Of a stretch of 56,379 nt of DNA, positions 56,353 through 56,379 are shown one piece after another (positions within the stretch are counted from its first letter, which is position 1; every line of letters starts with the position of its first letter). The stretch spans positions 1 through 56,379 of the forward strand of contig CAYWWG010000001.1 of the NCBI GenBank assembly GCA_964461985.1, read 5' to 3'. Below the pieces are notes generated by a model. That model had not been told where the DNA came from, searched no databases, and was given only the letters and a program-made list of their open reading frames with translations. A program made the translations under genes and the position numbers. The stretch is from an uncultured Candidatus Saccharibacteria bacterium. Lineage in GTDB: Bacteria; Patescibacteriota; Minisyncoccia; Phycocordibacterales; UBA9973.

Positions 56353-56379
56353 AGAGAGACATTCGCGAAATTAGAAATA

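Noticed and set aside
1-56379. Alternative genetic code (UGA or UAA reassignment, as in some candidate phyla)
   Set aside because: All conserved genes are full-length under the standard code, and TGA (for example 35566-35568), TAA and TAG all terminate well-supported genes. The single in-frame TAA at 6403 is isolated and is better explained as a gene disruption.

Overview
AT-rich, gene-dense bacterial window read with the standard code (long ORFs are intact and TGA, TAA and TAG all act as stops). The gene content looks like a reduced-genome, CPR/Patescibacteria-like organism; this is an inference from short ribosomal proteins, a sigma-region-4/HARE-HTH protein, many single-TM or S/T/P-rich orphan proteins, and canonical TTGACA-17-TATAAT promoters that often abut start codons. 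Recognisable core genes: apt, rdgB, coaD (fused to an HD domain), typA, mltG, a DEDDh exonuclease, mnmA, mgtC, pepF, infA-rpmJ-rpsM-rpsK-rpsD-rpoA-rplQ-rplM-rpsI, grpE, dnaK, dnaJ, speH, cysS, corA, rplU and tRNA-Glu(CUC). Cell-wall enzymes (VanY-like, L,D-transpeptidase), a cytoplasmic GAF histidine kinase and an ADP-ribosylglycohydrolase are also present. The first ~9 kb is an accessory-looking run of orphan genes, each with its own promoter and terminator. No CRISPR array, rRNA, transposase, integrase or reverse transcriptase was seen. Most notable observations: (1) single orphan-gene modules bracketed by long direct repeats. These are a 36-nt repeat around ORF 47101-47511, a 43-nt copy of the apt 3' end around ORF 3584-4231, and a diverged box+hairpin family at 37/851/1485. 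(2) The GC-rich hairpin in the 36-nt repeat recurs, with a compensatory base-pair change, as an in-frame palindromic insertion inside mnmA. (3) There are GC-rich multi-helix intergenic elements: between dnaK and dnaJ, in the 5' 300 nt, and a promoter/terminator-bounded tRNA-like RNA. (4) A 37-bp near-perfect palindrome, neither CIRCE nor HAIR, overlaps the grpE promoter, and a PaaX-like wHTH gene sits inside the chaperone locus. (5) A 648-aa protein carries a C-terminal His...Cys clan-CD (caspase/CHAT/CPD)-like module. (6) Two genes are interrupted: a 2H phosphoesterase with an in-frame TAA, and an HExxH protein displaced from its start by an A8 tract. All functional calls come from motif recognition by eye; no database search was run.
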